Source: a virus
Lineage: Duplodnaviria; Caudoviricetes
Length of the DNA stretch: 64,000 nucleotides
Reading direction: 5' to 3' (one strand)
Virus record (IMG/VR): IMGVR_UViG_3300049458_000012
Span: 1-64,000 of that record
Shown piece by piece: positions 44,537-53,504 of the stretch. The position numbers and the translations under genes are program-made. A model generated the notes under the pieces. The model ran no database searches, was not told the origin of the DNA, and was given only the letters and a program-made list of their open reading frames with translations. Position 1 is the first letter of the stretch; every line of letters begins with the position of its first letter.

Positions 44537-45637
44537 ATGACAACGCGCAGATTATTCTGGTCTGACAATGCGCAGACAACCCTGGCCGCAGGCATAACCA
44601 ACGCCTCCCCAAGTCTGCAAGTTGTATCGGGCGGAGGTGCACTTTTCCCTGCAATAGCCACACTGGGCACGGGAGCAGCATTTCTCATCACTCTATTCAA
44701 GAATGGATCGCCAAATATAACGGAAGTGATGCTGGTCACTGGCCGTGCAGGGGATAATTTTACGGGGCTCGTGCGCAATTTCAGCGGCACGGGCGCTCTC
44801 GCTTGGAACGCGGGGGACACCGTGGCAATCGTGCCCACCGCAGAAGCCTTGAATAGTCTCGTGCAAGCGATCGATCTGCAGGGGCAATGGACAAACTATG
44901 CCCTCGACACGGGCGCAGCCAACAATTATGTAGTTACTTTGGCGTTGCCGTTGAATGCTCATTTCCCCGGAATGCCCATTCGATGGAAAGCTGCGCACGC
45001 CAACACAGGGGCTTCCAACTTTAATGACAGCATCGGAGCCGCAGCCCTTCTTACCGCCAACGGTCAAGCGCTTGTTGCGGGAGATATTGTGGCTGGCGGA
45101 TTGTATGAAACCTGGTGGGATGGCACGCAGTTCCGTGTCATTGCACTACAGCGCACGGCATTCTCACAACTCTCCGGGTCTATTGCCAATGGCCAAGTGC
45201 CCGCAGCCGCAGTGCTGCAGTGGCAGACGTTCTTGGCCATCTCGACCACGCAGCTATATAATCAGATCCTCAGCGCACAGATTCAAGCCAACTTGGCCCT
45301 GGCGGGCGCGCCTTCCGCTCCCACCGCGGCAGTTGGAACCGCCAACACGCAGCTGGCCACCACCGGATTTGTCAACCCAGGGTCTTCGTTCGGCGGCGCC
45401 AGCAATTATCGAAGGGAGCCCGACGGCAGCATCACGCAATGGGGCTTGTGCAACCCGAATGGCGGCGCGATCACTGTGACTTTCCCGGTTGCATTCCCGA
45501 GCGGCTGCAGGTCCTTGTCCTTTGGGCAAGTCAGTGCTGGGCCAACGCAAAGTTATGCCACCGCAGTGGCCTCTACAACCGGGTTCACTGTTGCCAATAC
45601 GGGCGGCCAGACCTATTGGCAAGCGAAAGGAAATTGA
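44537..45637 (+). CDS. Tail fiber protein
   Basis: PSAPTAAVGTANTQLATTGFV and PDGSITQWG...VTFPVAFP (gp53-like) motifs. Confidence 0.8.
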   Translation: MTTRRLFWSDNAQTTLAAGITNASPSLQVVSGGGALFPAIATLGTGAAFLITLFKNGSPNITEVMLVTGRAGDNFTGLVRNFSGTGALAWNAGDTVAIVPTAEALNSLVQAIDLQGQWTNYALDTGAANNYVVTLALPLNAHFPGMPIRWKAAHANTGASNFNDSIGAAALLTANGQALVAGDIVAGGLYETWWDGTQFRVIALQRTAFSQLSGSIANGQVPAAAVLQWQTFLAISTTQLYNQILSAQIQANLALAGAPSAPTAAVGTANTQLATTGFVNPGSSFGGASNYRREPDGSITQWGLCNPNGGAITVTFPVAFPSGCRSLSFGQVSAGPTQSYATAVASTTGFTVANTGGQTYWQAKGN

Positions 45638-45641
45638 CGCC

Positions 45642-46190
45642 ATGAAAGAGCAACAAAAAATCGAAGCAAAAGACGTGGCGCCACTCGATCTTCGCCACAA
45701 ACAAACTCCCCCTGTCCCCCTGGAGTCACTACCGCCCGAATCACCCCCGGACAAGTTCTACAGCGCCACGACGCAAGGCTTTTACTCCAGCGACATTCAC
45801 TCCACAGAACAGATCCCCGCGGATGCGGTGAAAATAACGCACGATCATTGGCAGCAACTGCTGAGTGCGCAAGCGCTGGGCATGCAGATCGTCCCCGACA
45901 CCCGTGGGCACCCGGTCAACTCGGGCCCGAGCTTCGAAGAGCGGGCAGGGCGTTTACGCGCGCGTCGCAACCGGGCCCTGGCCGAGACGGATGGCCTCGT
46001 GGCCCGTCACCGCGACGAGTTGGAGATCGCGAAAGATCGGAGCTTGTTCCAGAAAGTAATCAGCCGCCCGACCACGCTCAGCGCACCCGCTTACGCGGAG
46101 CTGCAGCAATGGCGTCAAGCGCTGCGGGATCTCTCCCAGGTTTCCGGATTTCCGGATATTGAACTGCCTGCTGCGCCCAAGGGCACTTGA
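45642..46190 (+). CDS. Tail fiber assembly chaperone
   Basis: FYSATTQGFY...IPADAVKIT and WRQALRDL motifs; ATG 45642. Confidence 0.8.
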   Translation: MKEQQKIEAKDVAPLDLRHKQTPPVPLESLPPESPPDKFYSATTQGFYSSDIHSTEQIPADAVKITHDHWQQLLSAQALGMQIVPDTRGHPVNSGPSFEERAGRLRARRNRALAETDGLVARHRDELEIAKDRSLFQKVISRPTTLSAPAYAELQQWRQALRDLSQVSGFPDIELPAAPKGT

Positions 46191-46199
46191 GGACAACGC

Positions 46200-47342
46200 A
46201 TGACCACCGGTGTACAAATCTCCGCGCTTCCAGTCGATCCCGCATTGACGGGTGGCGAGTTGGTGCCGCTGGTTATTGTCGGCACGATCACCGCCATTAC
46301 GCAAGCCGTTAACGCTGTCATCACGATCAACACCCCTACGCCCGTAAACCCTTTCACCGCGGGGATGGCGGTGTCTTTCGCAGGCGTCGGCGGCATGACG
46401 CAGTTGAATGGGCAGGGGGCTGCGATATCTGCCGCGGGCGGCACATCGGGAAATTGGACCCTAACGATTCCGGTGAACTCCACAGGTTACGGTGCCTTCA
46501 CTGCGGGCGGCATTGTAACCGCCACAGCCGTGGCCACACTGTCCGCGATGCGCTTATCGGGTGGACAGCCATACAATCCAACTTTCCAATCGGGCAATGT
46601 ACAGTACGCGGGCCCGGGTGGCGTCCTCGCGGGCGACAACAACTTGATTTTCGGGCTCGATCTGCCTAACCCTTCTGGCGTTAACGGGGCGTGCCTCTTA
46701 CTGGGCAGCGGAGGTGGGGCCGGGGCCAACATCACCTTCGCCCTTATTCAAGATCAAGCCTTCGACAACATCACCCCCGGCAACCGATTGATCATCACCT
46801 CCGGCGAAACGCAACCCGCGGGCATCGCGGTTGGAGGCGATTTCAATCAATATGCGGGCGCCTCTTTCGGTGGCATGGGCGGGCAATGGACGGCACAAGG
46901 GGGCACCTCGGCCAATGCGGCGGGCGGGCCCACGATCCTCAAAGGCGGAGCCGCCACCGGTCCCACGGGCGCGGCGATCCCGGGGGACTTGTTCTTAGAA
47001 GGTGGAGACGAGGGTCAGCAAGGCGCCAATGTCCACCTCATCATGACGGGTCTCGCGGGCTTGTGGGGCGTGATCCGGCACCGGGCCAATTCAACTCTCA
47101 TCTGGGACGAGTTTCATGACGGCAGTTGGTTCTTTTATGCCAGCGCCGCGCTCCCCGGTGGAGGGTACGGTAATGCGGGGGCCCCAGCCATTTCCAACGG
47201 CATCGGGGCCCCGGTGGGTTGGGCAACGGATACACTACACCTGACGGTCCCCCTCGCGAAGCTCACCCCCGGAGGCGTAAATGGTTCAATCACCTATGTG
47301 CGTGGCATCCCGCAAGCAAGCACCTACGCCGCGCCAACTTGA
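46200..47342 (+). CDS. Second Gly-rich fiber/tailspike-like protein
   Basis: ITAITQA...FAGVGGMTQLNG (FCCH-like) N-terminal domain followed by Gly-rich repeats. Confidence 0.55.
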   Translation: MTTGVQISALPVDPALTGGELVPLVIVGTITAITQAVNAVITINTPTPVNPFTAGMAVSFAGVGGMTQLNGQGAAISAAGGTSGNWTLTIPVNSTGYGAFTAGGIVTATAVATLSAMRLSGGQPYNPTFQSGNVQYAGPGGVLAGDNNLIFGLDLPNPSGVNGACLLLGSGGGAGANITFALIQDQAFDNITPGNRLIITSGETQPAGIAVGGDFNQYAGASFGGMGGQWTAQGGTSANAAGGPTILKGGAATGPTGAAIPGDLFLEGGDEGQQGANVHLIMTGLAGLWGVIRHRANSTLIWDEFHDGSWFFYASAALPGGGYGNAGAPAISNGIGAPVGWATDTLHLTVPLAKLTPGGVNGSITYVRGIPQASTYAAPT

Positions 47343-47350
47343 AAAGGAAA

Positions 47351-47596
47351 TTGAATACAGTGGACACTCATCACCCAATCGTCGCCCATCCCAAACTGCA
47401 CTGCGGCAAATGCGGACACCCGCTTTTGCTACCTTTGAAAAGAGAGCCGGATCAACCGTTGCCGGATCGAGTGTTAGCGGAATGCAATGTTTGTTGCATT
47501 GCAGTGACTGTGCCGAAAGAATTGTTGGCGCCTGCCCATCCAACGCATTGCGAGGTTACGGTTGCGCGTCCCTGGCCGCGACCCCCGAATATTTGA
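47351..47596 (+). CDS. Small zinc-ribbon protein
   Basis: CGKC...CNVC; start TTG 47351 or GTG 47360. Confidence 0.5.
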   Translation: MNTVDTHHPIVAHPKLHCGKCGHPLLLPLKREPDQPLPDRVLAECNVCCIAVTVPKELLAPAHPTHCEVTVARPWPRPPNI

Positions 47597-47616
47597 GAAA
47601 GCAATGGAGGTGCACG

Positions 47617-47991
47617 ATGTCGGGGAGTCCAATAGATCCTCCGGATCTTCTCGGATGGAAGACCATTGCTTCGGCACTTTACGGATTGCTCACGCTGTTA
47701 GGGGTTGGCGTGGTGCGATGGCTACTACAACGATTTCAAAAACAACTCGATGATCACAGCACACGAATTTCGAAGTTGGAAGGCTCTTACGTAACGCAAG
47801 AGCAATTGGACAAGCACCTAGATAAGCTCGAAGCGGTGTCATTTCGCATGCATGCAGAGAATAAAAATTCATTGGAGCGCATAGAGGAAAAAGTGGCCAA
47901 CGCCTCCAACACTCGGCATGACATCCGTGATAGTTCGCACACAATGCTGACGATGCTACGGGAGTTGGTAGAGCATGCCCGCCGCCAATAA
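47617..47991 (+). CDS. Membrane protein, one TM plus coiled coil (lysis-associated candidate)
   Basis: GGAGG RBS; LYGLLTLLGVGVVRWLL then a helical C-terminus. Confidence 0.6.
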   Translation: MSGSPIDPPDLLGWKTIASALYGLLTLLGVGVVRWLLQRFQKQLDDHSTRISKLEGSYVTQEQLDKHLDKLEAVSFRMHAENKNSLERIEEKVANASNTRHDIRDSSHTMLTMLRELVEHARRQ

Positions 47992-48526
47992 CGAAGAGGG
48001 GGACTCGCCTTCGACCCGAGGCGGGATTGAGGACACGGTTAAAACTCTGCGCCTCACCACATTCACGCTGAGCGGCGTGGCTGAACAGTTCAAGAAGGTG
48101 GCGGACGATTTCCGCAACAATTTGAACCTGCGTAGTGCCTCGATGCATCGCGTGGCCATCACGGTTGGTGGTGGAATGTTCTGGCTTATGGCGGGACTGC
48201 TCATTGTTGTAGGCATCCTAGTTGGGCTGGATCGGGCCGAACGCTCAGCTCAACGTCGGCAATGGGACTCGGACACGGCCACTCTTCAGCGCCAATGGAT
48301 CCAGGGCACTGAGACGTTGCAGCGTGAGTGGATTCGTGACACCCGGCAGATACAAGAAAGCAACGCACAGCTCTACCTGGAGTATCAGAAAGCCGAGCGA
48401 GAAGCGCGCGTGAAGGAACAACAGATTATGGATCAATCGGCCCTCCTCTTACGGGAGGGGCACCGTAAGCCGAGCGACGCCACCAATGGGCCCGCTGGCA
48501 ATCTCAATTACAACCGGGAGAAATGA
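47975..48526 (+). CDS. Membrane protein with a coiled-coil C-terminus (i-spanin-like topology)
   Basis: Internal TM, then 11-residue repeats QW..DT.TL. Confidence 0.55.
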   Translation: MPAANNEEGDSPSTRGGIEDTVKTLRLTTFTLSGVAEQFKKVADDFRNNLNLRSASMHRVAITVGGGMFWLMAGLLIVVGILVGLDRAERSAQRRQWDSDTATLQRQWIQGTETLQREWIRDTRQIQESNAQLYLEYQKAEREARVKEQQIMDQSALLLREGHRKPSDATNGPAGNLNYNREK

Positions 48527-48807
48527 ATATGGGCGGGGCAGTTTGTCGGATACTCGTGCGATCACAGTTGACCTTCGTTTCGGTCCCAACGAACACGGAG
48601 ATGCTCAAAGTGTTCGATGCACAAATGAAAGCGATTCACTTCAACACTTACTACGCGCAAGCGATCGTCAACGAGACGGATGATGCGGAAAAAATCTGCG
48701 CAATCTTACAAAAACAAACCCCCTACTGGGCCCCTGGGCAATGGACTCATGCCGAACGGCAGACACTGTTGGACATGACGAACACGATATGCGGCCCATA
48801 CACGTAA
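48523..48807 (+). CDS. Hypothetical protein
   Basis: 94 aa; ATGA-coupled. Confidence 0.5.
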   Translation: MNMGGAVCRILVRSQLTFVSVPTNTEMLKVFDAQMKAIHFNTYYAQAIVNETDDAEKICAILQKQTPYWAPGQWTHAERQTLLDMTNTICGPYT

Positions 48808-48814
48808 TGCCTCG

Positions 48815-49111
48815 ATGTCTTCCGAAGCGCTCCTTATCTCAATCATCAGTGGGTTGCTGATGGTGGTGCAGTTGCTCGTGTCGTATATCTTCAAAAGCGC
48901 GATCACGGATTTGAAGGAGCGCATCAACCGCCAAGATGCCCGTTTCGAGCAGTACGTGAAAGACAAGGAGCGCTTCGATTATGAGTTTCGTCACGATGAG
49001 TACGCGCAGCGCGTGAGCACGATCGAGGTGCGGTTGGGCGGTGTGGAACATGACCACAATCGGGTGGAGCAACTTTGGCGGAGAGCCTTCGACGGGGACA
49101 AACGCACATGA
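48815..49111 (+). CDS. Holin-like / membrane coiled-coil protein
   Basis: N-terminal TM; directly upstream of the endolysin. Confidence 0.55.
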   Translation: MSSEALLISIISGLLMVVQLLVSYIFKSAITDLKERINRQDARFEQYVKDKERFDYEFRHDEYAQRVSTIEVRLGGVEHDHNRVEQLWRRAFDGDKRT

Positions 49112-49587
49112 GTAAAGCGCAGGCCATCGCCTGGACCCTCGAAAAGGAGACCGGGGAACTGACCGACAATCCGAGCGATCCGGGAGGGCTCACCCGCTGG
49201 GGCATCGCTCTCAACCGTCATCCCGAGTTGACCCGCGAGGATATCCTCAACATGACCGCAACCCGGGCCGGGGAAATCTTTGCGAAAGATTATTGGCCCG
49301 AGCGCGCGGATGAATTGCCGGATTACTGGGCCCTTCCACTATTGGCCGCCGCGGTATTACAGGGGCCTGCCACAGCGGTGAAGGTGCTGCAAGCGGCGCT
49401 CAACGTCGGCGTCGATGGGATCATTGGACCGATGGTGCTCAGTGCGGCTCGAACGGCCAACCCGAAAAAGGCCCTGCCCAAGTTTCTCGCTGAACAAGTG
49501 CGCCGCATGCGCGGTTACGCGGGGTGGAGCGCGAACGGCGTGGGCTGGGTGGAGAGAGGGGCGGAGGCGATTTTACTGGCGAGCTGA
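49108..49587 (+). CDS. Endolysin, glycoside hydrolase family 108
   Basis: LEKETG..DNPSDPGGLTRWGI GH108 signature; LQAALNVGVDGIIGP peptidoglycan-binding motif. Confidence 0.88.
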   Translation: MSKAQAIAWTLEKETGELTDNPSDPGGLTRWGIALNRHPELTREDILNMTATRAGEIFAKDYWPERADELPDYWALPLLAAAVLQGPATAVKVLQAALNVGVDGIIGPMVLSAARTANPKKALPKFLAEQVRRMRGYAGWSANGVGWVERGAEAILLAS

Positions 49588-49609
49588 TTTCGAAGAAAGG
49601 GGCCTGCAC

Positions 49610-49963
49610 ATGGACATTCACGTTTATATTCACCTTGACCATCGACAACCGACCGATTTCGAGCGGGAGGTGTTATCTCGGCTCGCCTCGGTCATTCACA
49701 CCCAGGAGATACTTATGACGAAGGTAGATGACGCCACGGTTGCTCTCAACAACGCGAATGACCTTTTGCTGCAGGCCAGCACCGGTATCGATAACATCGC
49801 CACCGATGTCACCACGCTGAAGCAGCAAGTTGCCGATCTGCAGGCCGCCGGTCAGGGCAACACCACTCCGGAGTTCGACGCCGCGCTGCAGAAAGTTGTC
49901 GGCACCGTCAATTCCCTGGAGCAGAAGGTCTCCACCACGGATGCCTTGTTCCCCGGGGCGTAA
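49610..49963 (+). CDS. Coiled-coil hypothetical protein
   Basis: ATG 49610; heptad-rich. Confidence 0.6.
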   Translation: MDIHVYIHLDHRQPTDFEREVLSRLASVIHTQEILMTKVDDATVALNNANDLLLQASTGIDNIATDVTTLKQQVADLQAAGQGNTTPEFDAALQKVVGTVNSLEQKVSTTDALFPGA

Positions 49964-50038
49964 CAGTCCGCGGGACTCCCGGGGAAGATTGAGGCAGCTC
50001 AACTCCCCCGGGGTCTCGTACCTAACGGAGCTGCGCAC

Positions 50039-50314
50039 ATGACCATCTTACGCGACCTAACTCACCGCAAAGCCCGCAGTGCGCAAGTTGGTCTGTCATA
50101 CTTCTTTCTGGCCGGATTCTTCGGCATCATCATGCTAGAGGGCCTGGGGTGGATCAAGTTCGACGTCATGGGCCAGCTCGGACCGATGGCAATGTTAGTG
50201 CTGTCGTTTTGGTTCCAGCGCCAACGCAGCAGCTCGGATGAGGCCAGCGAATTGCACCGGGGCCCCGATCCCGTAAACCCTATTGCGCCGCCCTCGGCGG
50301 CGAATTCTCAGTAA
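50039..50314 (+). CDS. Putative holin (two TM segments)
   Basis: Two hydrophobic helices then a charged tail. Confidence 0.6.
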   Translation: MTILRDLTHRKARSAQVGLSYFFLAGFFGIIMLEGLGWIKFDVMGQLGPMAMLVLSFWFQRQRSSSDEASELHRGPDPVNPIAPPSAANSQ

Positions 50315-50334
50315 CTTTCATCAAGGAGACGCCT

Positions 50335-50721
50335 GTGAGCAACCCAAACATCCCCTTCATCATGAAGATCGCCGTCGATCTCTTCGTGGGCCGCGAGATC
50401 ACGAAGGACGGCCCCGAAAAAGCCCCCATCAACGCGCAGACCGCGATCGACGTCGCCAACGCGATCAAGGCGGGGATCGACGACCCGTTGAGCGGGGTGG
50501 CCGCACTCGACGCACTGCTCGCGAAGGGCACCACCGATCCGGCGAAGCTCGCCGCGCTGCAGACCCTCATTGGCTGGGCCAGCACCAAGGCCGCGGCCCT
50601 ACAGACCCTGGCCTCGGGCGGGATCGTGGCTTCGGTGCAGGCCTCGATCTTAGCCTCGGCGTGCGATGAGGCAATCGCCGTGGCGAAGAAGTATCTGCCC
50701 GCGACCCCAGCGGCGAAGTAA
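50335..50721 (+). CDS. Ala-rich hypothetical protein
   Basis: AAGGAG RBS, GTG start; 128 aa. Confidence 0.6.
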   Translation: MSNPNIPFIMKIAVDLFVGREITKDGPEKAPINAQTAIDVANAIKAGIDDPLSGVAALDALLAKGTTDPAKLAALQTLIGWASTKAAALQTLASGGIVASVQASILASACDEAIAVAKKYLPATPAAK

Positions 50722-50747
50722 GCGCCTTCGAGCTTCCCTCTCACCAC

Positions 50748-50779
50748 CGAAGGGGCCCACGCGGCCCCTTCGCTCTTTT
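50748..50779 (+). terminator. Intrinsic terminator-like hairpin upstream of the lipase
   Basis: CGAAGGGGCC-CACGC-GGCCCCTTCG followed by CTCTTTT. Confidence 0.55.
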
Positions 50780-50797
50780 CGAGGAGCGATACACCCT

Positions 50798-51622
50798 ATG
50801 AGTCTCACCGACCTGGCCGCGGGGCTGCCTGTGGTTTATATGATGGATATGCACTGTCGGACGCCCAACGATCTGGAACCCACACCGGACCCACGCCTAG
50901 CGCCTCGGTGGGCCTTGAAGGGATACCTGATCGGAACGGATGACGCCTGGCGCCTCACCAGCGGATTCAGCTCCCGGGAGTGTTACGGGGTGCTTTTGGA
51001 AGGGGCGGCGGGAGAGTTCCTCGTGGCCATCCGGGGCACCAATGGGATACTGGAGTGGATCGAGGATGCGCAAGCGGTCCGCCCCACCCCTCATCCCCTC
51101 GGCGGGCGCGTCGGGGATGGCTTTTGGGGCCTATACGAGACACTCGTCTTTCGCCCACCGGGTGGCACGGACGTGGCCCCCGCGGCGAAGGGGATCGCGG
51201 ACGCTATCGGCGTCGGGGGCACGGTGACCGTCGCGGGCCACTCATTAGGCGCGGCCCTGGCCACGTACTTGACGCTGGACCTCGCGGAGCGGCCCGGGAT
51301 TCGAGTCCAGGGGCGGTATTTCGCTTCACCGCGCCCGGGGGATGCGGCTTTCGTGGACGTGTTCGACCGAACGGTGGCGGATTATCGCTCTTATGCCTAT
51401 GCGCTGGACGTTGTGCCGCATGTGCCGCTCGGGTTCGTGCCACTGCTGAAGTCGGTGACGATCTCCCCCGACAAGGCGCAAGCGCGGATTCGCTTCGGGA
51501 TCGGCTGCGCACACCACCTCGTGTGTTATCTGGCTGCGCTCGATTACGCAAACATGGAGAAAGGATTCGTGGCCTCACCGATCGACGTGGACAATTTGCT
51601 TTGCATCCGGGGGCCGCGGTGA
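50798..51622 (+). CDS. Class 3 lipase / phospholipase A1 (alpha/beta hydrolase)
   Basis: FLVAIRGT, VAGHSLGAALA (GxSxG), FASPRPGD, DVVPHVP, late His (AHHL); ATG 50798 after GAGGAG. Confidence 0.88.
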   Translation: MSLTDLAAGLPVVYMMDMHCRTPNDLEPTPDPRLAPRWALKGYLIGTDDAWRLTSGFSSRECYGVLLEGAAGEFLVAIRGTNGILEWIEDAQAVRPTPHPLGGRVGDGFWGLYETLVFRPPGGTDVAPAAKGIADAIGVGGTVTVAGHSLGAALATYLTLDLAERPGIRVQGRYFASPRPGDAAFVDVFDRTVADYRSYAYALDVVPHVPLGFVPLLKSVTISPDKAQARIRFGIGCAHHLVCYLAALDYANMEKGFVASPIDVDNLLCIRGPR

Positions 51623-51628
51623 AGAGGC

Positions 51629-51844
51629 TCATGGCACGATCACCTCGATCAGCGTGATGAGGGCGTGCCCGTCCGGCACCCATGCCTGACAATAGCGTGC
51701 GCGAGGGTCCATGGATTTTTTCAACGTGCCATTAACCGCAATCAGTGCAGCGCCCGGATATCGGTGCGCCGCCACATACTGGGCAGTCTTCCCCGGCCAC
51801 ACTAGCACCTCCCCAATCCCAATTTCCACGCAGTGCGTGGTCAC
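51629..51844 (-). CDS. Small hypothetical protein
   Basis: GTG 51844 overlaps the upstream TGA; last gene of the leftward operon. Confidence 0.5.
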   Translation of the reverse strand: MTTHCVEIGIGEVLVWPGKTAQYVAAHRYPGAALIAVNGTLKKSMDPRARYCQAWVPDGHALITLIEVIVP

Positions 51845-52014
51845 GGGGCGAAGCCCTTCAGCCGCTCCCATTCGGTCTCGCGTTGAGCGGCGAAGATCGC
51901 GGTGGCCGCTGCCACGCACCGTTCACAAATGGCTGCGGGTGAGAGCTGCGAGGCCACGAGGTGCCCGCAATCCAGAACGCTCCGCGCGCAAAAGCTACAT
52001 GCGCCCGCGCTCAT
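51841..52014 (-). CDS. Stand-alone ClpX C4-type zinc finger protein
   Basis: CSFCARS..DCGHLVA.....AICERCV aligns with ClpX CSFCGKSQHEVRKLIAG...ICDECV. Confidence 0.75.
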   Translation of the reverse strand: MSAGACSFCARSVLDCGHLVASQLSPAAICERCVAAATAIFAAQRETEWERLKGFAP

Positions 52015-52310
52015 GAGGCACCCTTTAGCAACTGTCCCGCCTTCCAAACTCTTGCCCCCAGGTACGTGGCCGCTTGGAAACCGTCTTCGCAATTGGCAAT
52101 CACAATCTTCGCGGCCAACTTCTTCTCCAACAGTTCATCGCGACCCACCTTACTCGGCACGGCTCCGTCGTATGTTGGCCCGAGTTTCACGAGACACAGC
52201 AGCGTTTCCCGGGCCGAAGGGGATAGCGTGCGCCAAATGTCTCGCCAGCGCACCGCGTCCTCTCCTTCGGTGTAAAGGTGCTCGTCAATATCAATTCCAT
52301 GCTTCTTCAT
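52011..52310 (-). CDS. Hypothetical protein (possible winged helix)
   Basis: ATG 52310; LSPSARETLLCL..GP..DG...GRDELLEK. Confidence 0.55.
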   Translation of the reverse strand: MKKHGIDIDEHLYTEGEDAVRWRDIWRTLSPSARETLLCLVKLGPTYDGAVPSKVGRDELLEKKLAAKIVIANCEDGFQAATYLGARVWKAGQLLKGAS

Positions 52311-52321
52311 GCTTGACCTCT

Positions 52322-52675
52322 TCAATGGCGGAAAGTATCGAGTTTGATCACCTCGGCCTTCTCGGGCGAGAAGTTGACTTGTTTGAGCCCCGGTTGCAGC
52401 ATCACTGTGACGGCCACAGTGTCACCCTGCTCACACTTTTGTAGAAGTCGCTCATCCACCGTAAACTCCCTCCCATCGCGCGCCCGTACCGGATAGCCAC
52501 AGAAGTTGAAATGGTGCTCGCAACAAATGGCCAGGGGCCGCGCGAGACTAACCACCGTCACCAAGGCCCCTAGATACCGGTCCAAAGGCCCGGACATCAA
52601 AAACTTGAGATTGGGTTCCTCTTCAATGCGCTTTATGCGCGTTTGTTCACCGATATGAAAGGGGACAACGATCAT
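52322..52675 (-). CDS. Hypothetical protein
   Basis: 117 aa; coupled. Confidence 0.55.
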   Translation of the reverse strand: MIVVPFHIGEQTRIKRIEEEPNLKFLMSGPLDRYLGALVTVVSLARPLAICCEHHFNFCGYPVRARDGREFTVDERLLQKCEQGDTVAVTVMLQPGLKQVNFSPEKAEVIKLDTFRH

Positions 52676-52854
52676 GGGGCGTGGACCTCTCGCAATGGGA
52701 TGGCGGGGTGTAGAGCGGGGGCGTGCAGCATCAGCTCGATGTTCTCCAGCAACGCTTGTAAGAACACCATGCGCTCATACGCGGTGTGCGCCATCAGTGC
52801 TTCCGCGAGCGCTTTCGCTTCGGCCCGGATCTCTTCGGACGTTTGTGTGCTCAT
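52672..52854 (-). CDS. Hypothetical protein
   Basis: AAAGG RBS; ATG 52854. Confidence 0.5.
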   Translation of the reverse strand: MSTQTSEEIRAEAKALAEALMAHTAYERMVFLQALLENIELMLHAPALHPAIPLREVHAP

Positions 52855-52875
52855 ATCATTTCCTTTCATATCAAA

Positions 52876-53205
52876 CTAGTCTTGATGCCAGGATCTCTTG
52901 CGCACCACCCCACCCGGGCCCAAGGGCATCGGGGAATTGGCTCGCGGGCACTGGCACGTCGCGCAATGCAACCCGTTAGCGCTTTGTGTCGGAGGGGGCG
53001 CCGCACCCGCCACGATAGCGTCGATCACCAACTCGCTCTCGTTCGTCTCGGGAGCGGGTCTCAGCAGCGCAATCGCCTTGCGAAGCTCGACCGGGCTTAC
53101 ATATGCCAGTCCGTCAGATCCGAGTTGTTCCCCCAAGGCTGCGCATCCTTCGAGGTATTGGATGAGCTTGGTGGTTGAGGAACCCACTACCGTCTTGTCA
53201 TTCAT
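52876..53205 (-). CDS. Hypothetical protein
   Basis: ATG 53205 overlaps the upstream TGA; HCATCQC motif. Confidence 0.5.
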   Translation of the reverse strand: MNDKTVVGSSTTKLIQYLEGCAALGEQLGSDGLAYVSPVELRKAIALLRPAPETNESELVIDAIVAGAAPPPTQSANGLHCATCQCPRANSPMPLGPGGVVRKRSWHQD

Positions 53206-53504
53206 GCGATGAGCACCTCTCGAAATTCGATTGGGCACTTCCCATCGCGCACCGGACCGTACCAGCACAGCAGCCAGCGACGAGCCGCGGGGGCACAGTT
53301 TCGGTCATAGGCGCCATCGTGTCGGCGCCACAGCTTCCCCGGGTAAACGCCCGTAGGCATCGTGGTGCTGTATTCCGCGAGACTTTCGAACGTCGCCCGT
53401 GACATCAGGGCGTGCGTCTCGTCAATTAAAATCGACTCAAGCGGAGGTTGTGGCCACGCGCCCGGGTAAGGTGATTCTAACGCGGGCAGGGTTTGCGTGC
53501 TCAT
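53202..53504 (-). CDS. Conserved phage hypothetical protein
   Basis: LAEYSTTMPTGVYPGKLWRR motif; ATG 53504. Confidence 0.6.
   Translation of the reverse strand: MSTQTLPALESPYPGAWPQPPLESILIDETHALMSRATFESLAEYSTTMPTGVYPGKLWRRHDGAYDRNCAPAARRWLLCWYGPVRDGKCPIEFREVLIA

Noticed and set aside
44537-47342. Diversity-generating retroelement or invertible tail-fiber cassette
   Set aside because: No reverse transcriptase, recombinase, template/variable repeat pair or inverted crossover sites seen
10522-53504. Shared MSTQT N-terminus in three unrelated ORFs (10522, 52854, 53504)
   Set aside because: Ser/Thr-rich N-termini are common and the codons differ; no evidence beyond coincidence
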